64,000 nucleotides of DNA, from positions 300-64,299 of the forward strand of contig JBNJGS010000004.1 of the NCBI GenBank assembly GCA_051747965.1. Reading direction: 5' to 3'. Below are positions 62,246-64,000 of this stretch, one piece after another. Positions within the stretch are counted from its first letter, which is position 1. Each line of letters opens with the position of its first letter. The position numbers and the translations under genes were made by a program. Source of the DNA: Bacteroidota bacterium. GTDB lineage: Bacteria > Bacteroidota > Bacteroidia > Bacteroidales > ML635J-15. The notes below the pieces were generated by a model. The model was not told where the DNA came from. It ran no database searches and saw only the letters and a program-made list of their open reading frames with translations.

Positions 62246-63685
62246 ATGAAAAAGAAGAAACTAACAACAACAGGTGGAGCGCCCATCAGGAATAATCAAA
62301 ATTCTATAACTGCAGGCAAACGCGGCCCGGTATTAATCCAGGACTATCAATTGCTGGAAAAGCTGGCACATCAAAACCGTGAACGCATACCTGAACGGGT
62401 GGTACATGCTAAAGGCTGGGGAGCACAGGGAACCTTTACTGTGACTGATGATATCACAAAGTATTCCTGTGCAAAAATTTTCAATGAAATCGGAAAGAAA
62501 ACTCCGATGCTGGCCAGGTTTTCTACTGTGGCAGGTGAGCAAGGCGCTGCTGATGCCGAACGTGATGTCAGAGGTTTTGCGCTGAAGTTCTATACCGAAG
62601 AAGGAAACTGGGACATGGTGGGCAATAATACACCGGTCTTCTTTGTTCGCGACGGATATAAATTTCCGGATTTCATCCATACCCAAAAACGGCATCCCAA
62701 AACCAACTTAAGGTCAAATACTGCCAAATGGGACTTCTGGTCAAAAACTCCGGAAAGTTTGCATCAGGTTACCATTTTGCATTCCGACAGAGGCATTCCG
62801 GCCACCCCAATGCACATGAACGGATATGGTTCGCATACATATAGTTTCTGGAATGAAAAAGGGGAGAGATTCTGGGTGAAATTTCACTTTAAAACTCAGC
62901 AGGGACACAAAACCCTGACCAATGAGGAAGCGGCAAAAGCCATAGGTGAATCCCGTGAAACGTATCAGGAAGCCATCAATGAAGCCATAGAATCTGGAGA
63001 TTTTCCCAAATGGACTTTTTATATACAGGTGATGCCTGAGAAGGATGCTGAAAAAATGCCATTCAATCCTTTTGATATTACCAAAGTGTGGCCTCACGGA
63101 GATTTTCCGCTGATAAAAGTGGGTGAATTCGAATTGAACAAAATTCCGCCCAACTATTTTGTCTATATTGAAAATGCGGCTTTTTCTCCTTCCAACGTGG
63201 TTCCGGGCATTGGATACTCTCCTGATAAAATGCTACAGGCCAGAGTCTTTTCTTATCCTGATGCTCACAGGTACCGCCTGGGTACACATTATGAAATGTT
63301 GCCGCCAAACAGACCTGTGAATGAAGTGAATCATTATCATAAGGATGGTGCAATGCGCTTTTTTGAGAATTTCGAGGAAAATCCCGATGCATTTTACGAA
63401 CCAAATCAGTTTGACGGACCGGTAGAAGAAAGCGGACCTGTCGAACCTCCGCTCAGAATTGACGGAGATGCAGACCGGTATGATAATGAAGATGATGATG
63501 ATTATACCCAGGCAGGGAATTTGTTCCGCCTGTTCAATGATGAACAGAAACAGCGGTTGTTTGATAATATCGCAGGTGAAATGGAAGGTGTGCCTGAAGA
63601 TATCATTAAAAAACAGATTGAATTGTTTGATGCTGCTGATAAAGCTTACGGCGAAGGGGTAAGGAAAGCCCTCGGATGGAAATAA
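62246..63685 (+). CDS. Monofunctional heme catalase (small-subunit type)
   Basis: Distal His motif [15 protein letters not shown], then RFSTVAGE, and the proximal Tyr motif [14 protein letters not shown]. About 480 aa. Confidence 0.92.
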   Translation: MKKKKLTTTGGAPIRNNQNSITAGKRGPVLIQDYQLLEKLAHQNRERIPERVVHAKGWGAQGTFTVTDDITKYSCAKIFNEIGKKTPMLARFSTVAGEQGAADAERDVRGFALKFYTEEGNWDMVGNNTPVFFVRDGYKFPDFIHTQKRHPKTNLRSNTAKWDFWSKTPESLHQVTILHSDRGIPATPMHMNGYGSHTYSFWNEKGERFWVKFHFKTQQGHKTLTNEEAAKAIGESRETYQEAINEAIESGDFPKWTFYIQVMPEKDAEKMPFNPFDITKVWPHGDFPLIKVGEFELNKIPPNYFVYIENAAFSPSNVVPGIGYSPDKMLQARVFSYPDAHRYRLGTHYEMLPPNRPVNEVNHYHKDGAMRFFENFEENPDAFYEPNQFDGPVEESGPVEPPLRIDGDADRYDNEDDDDYTQAGNLFRLFNDEQKQRLFDNIAGEMEGVPEDIIKKQIELFDAADKAYGEGVRKALGWK

Positions 63686-63714
63686 ATTTAGTCTTTTTTT
63701 CGACAGAGATAAAG

Positions 63715-63749
63715 AAAACCCGGTGTCAGTAAAGACCCCGGGTTTTTTA
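63715..63749 (+). terminator. Rho-independent terminator after catalase
   Basis: AAAACCCGG...CCGGGTTTT, a 9-bp stem followed by TTTTTT. Confidence 0.7.
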
Positions 63750-63779
63750 TTATGCAATTCTTTTTTCTTTGTCTTCAAA

Positions 63780-63812
63780 GAAAAAAGGCAGTACCGGTAA
63801 AGCACTGCCCTT
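63780..63812 (-). terminator. Rho-independent terminator of the Clp ATPase gene
   Basis: The minus-strand RNA forms GGCAGTGC...GTACTGCC followed by UUUUUUC. Confidence 0.5.
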
Positions 63813-63838
63813 TTAATCATTCATTACTTTTTTTATTC

Positions 63839-64000
63839 CTATTTCAGAATCCTGACCTGAATTCCGGATTTTTTGCTGTATCCAAGACTGATTGTCTGAC
63901 CTTGTTTGATCTCAGCCTTGATGATGGCTTCTGCCATGGGATTTTCTATGTATTTCTGTATTGCCCGCTTTAGTGGACGAGCACCAAACTTGGAATCAAA
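63839..64000 (-). CDS. Clp/Hsp100 AAA+ ATPase (ClpC/ClpB family), C-terminal 53 codons; rest lies beyond the window
   Basis: Translating the reverse strand from nt 64000 by hand gives FDSKFGARPLKRAIQKYIENPMAEAIIKAEIKQGQTISLGYSKKSGIQVRILK*. GARPLKRAIQ is the Clp sensor-2 motif. The fragment is too short to appear in the ORF track. Confidence 0.75.
   Translation of the reverse strand, partial: FDSKFGARPLKRAIQKYIENPMAEAIIKAEIKQGQTISLGYSKKSGIQVRILK

Noticed and set aside
63233-63820. Long antisense and shadow ORFs in the track (for example 63233..63820, 51553..52077, 5299..5859, 6491..6895, 36433..36876, 27774..28196, 48969..49388, 56737..57264)
   Set aside because: Each lies opposite to, or out of frame within, a gene with strong motif support. 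Their translations are low-complexity or Cys/His/Arg-rich with no recognisable motifs.
1-64000. Mobile element, prophage, CRISPR-Cas or RNA genes anywhere in the window
   Set aside because: No integrase, transposase, recombinase, phage structural or cas-like ORFs were recognised. No intergenic gap shows tRNA-like structure or conserved cores of rRNA, RNase P, tmRNA or SRP RNA. Scans with tRNAscan-SE and Rfam would confirm this.

Overview
This 64-kb segment reads as a Bacteroidota (FCB group) chromosome. The evidence is four T9SS type A and three type B C-terminal sorting domains, TAnnTTTG-type -7 promoter boxes, and the conserved block nusB-DUF1573-yajC-ybbR-coaE. I call about 55 protein-coding genes. 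I found no rRNA, tRNA, CRISPR array, integrase, transposase or phage genes, and no recognisable defence island.

Housekeeping content:
- An overlap-coupled array: hypothetical, DUF3822-like, rsmD, aroB, aroA, aroC, then an AddB-like nuclease.
- iorAB followed by a POT peptide transporter.
- uvrA, lpdA, a BtuF/FecCDE-type ABC importer, and the nusB-to-coaE block.
- Scattered oxidant-defence genes: msrB, flavodoxin, an erythrin-like protein, an fRMsr-like GAF protein, gpx and catalase.
- The 3' end of a Clp/Hsp100 ATPase at the right edge, which is absent from the ORF track.

The accessory-like content is a dense set of secreted proteins. It includes an M4 protease carrying a CUB-like domain, C1, S41 and M48 peptidases, an outer-membrane barrel fused to leucine-rich repeats, and three giant SprB-repeat adhesin-like proteins.

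The most unusual locus is the three-gene cassette at 29.4-38.8 kb. There, an unassigned ~300-aa head module is attached to a type A CTD in one gene and to an SprB-repeat stalk plus type B CTD in the next. The two type B CTDs in this cassette carry a four-Cys insertion, and no PorP/SprF-like gene is adjacent. All family assignments come from motifs read by eye; nothing was searched against a database.
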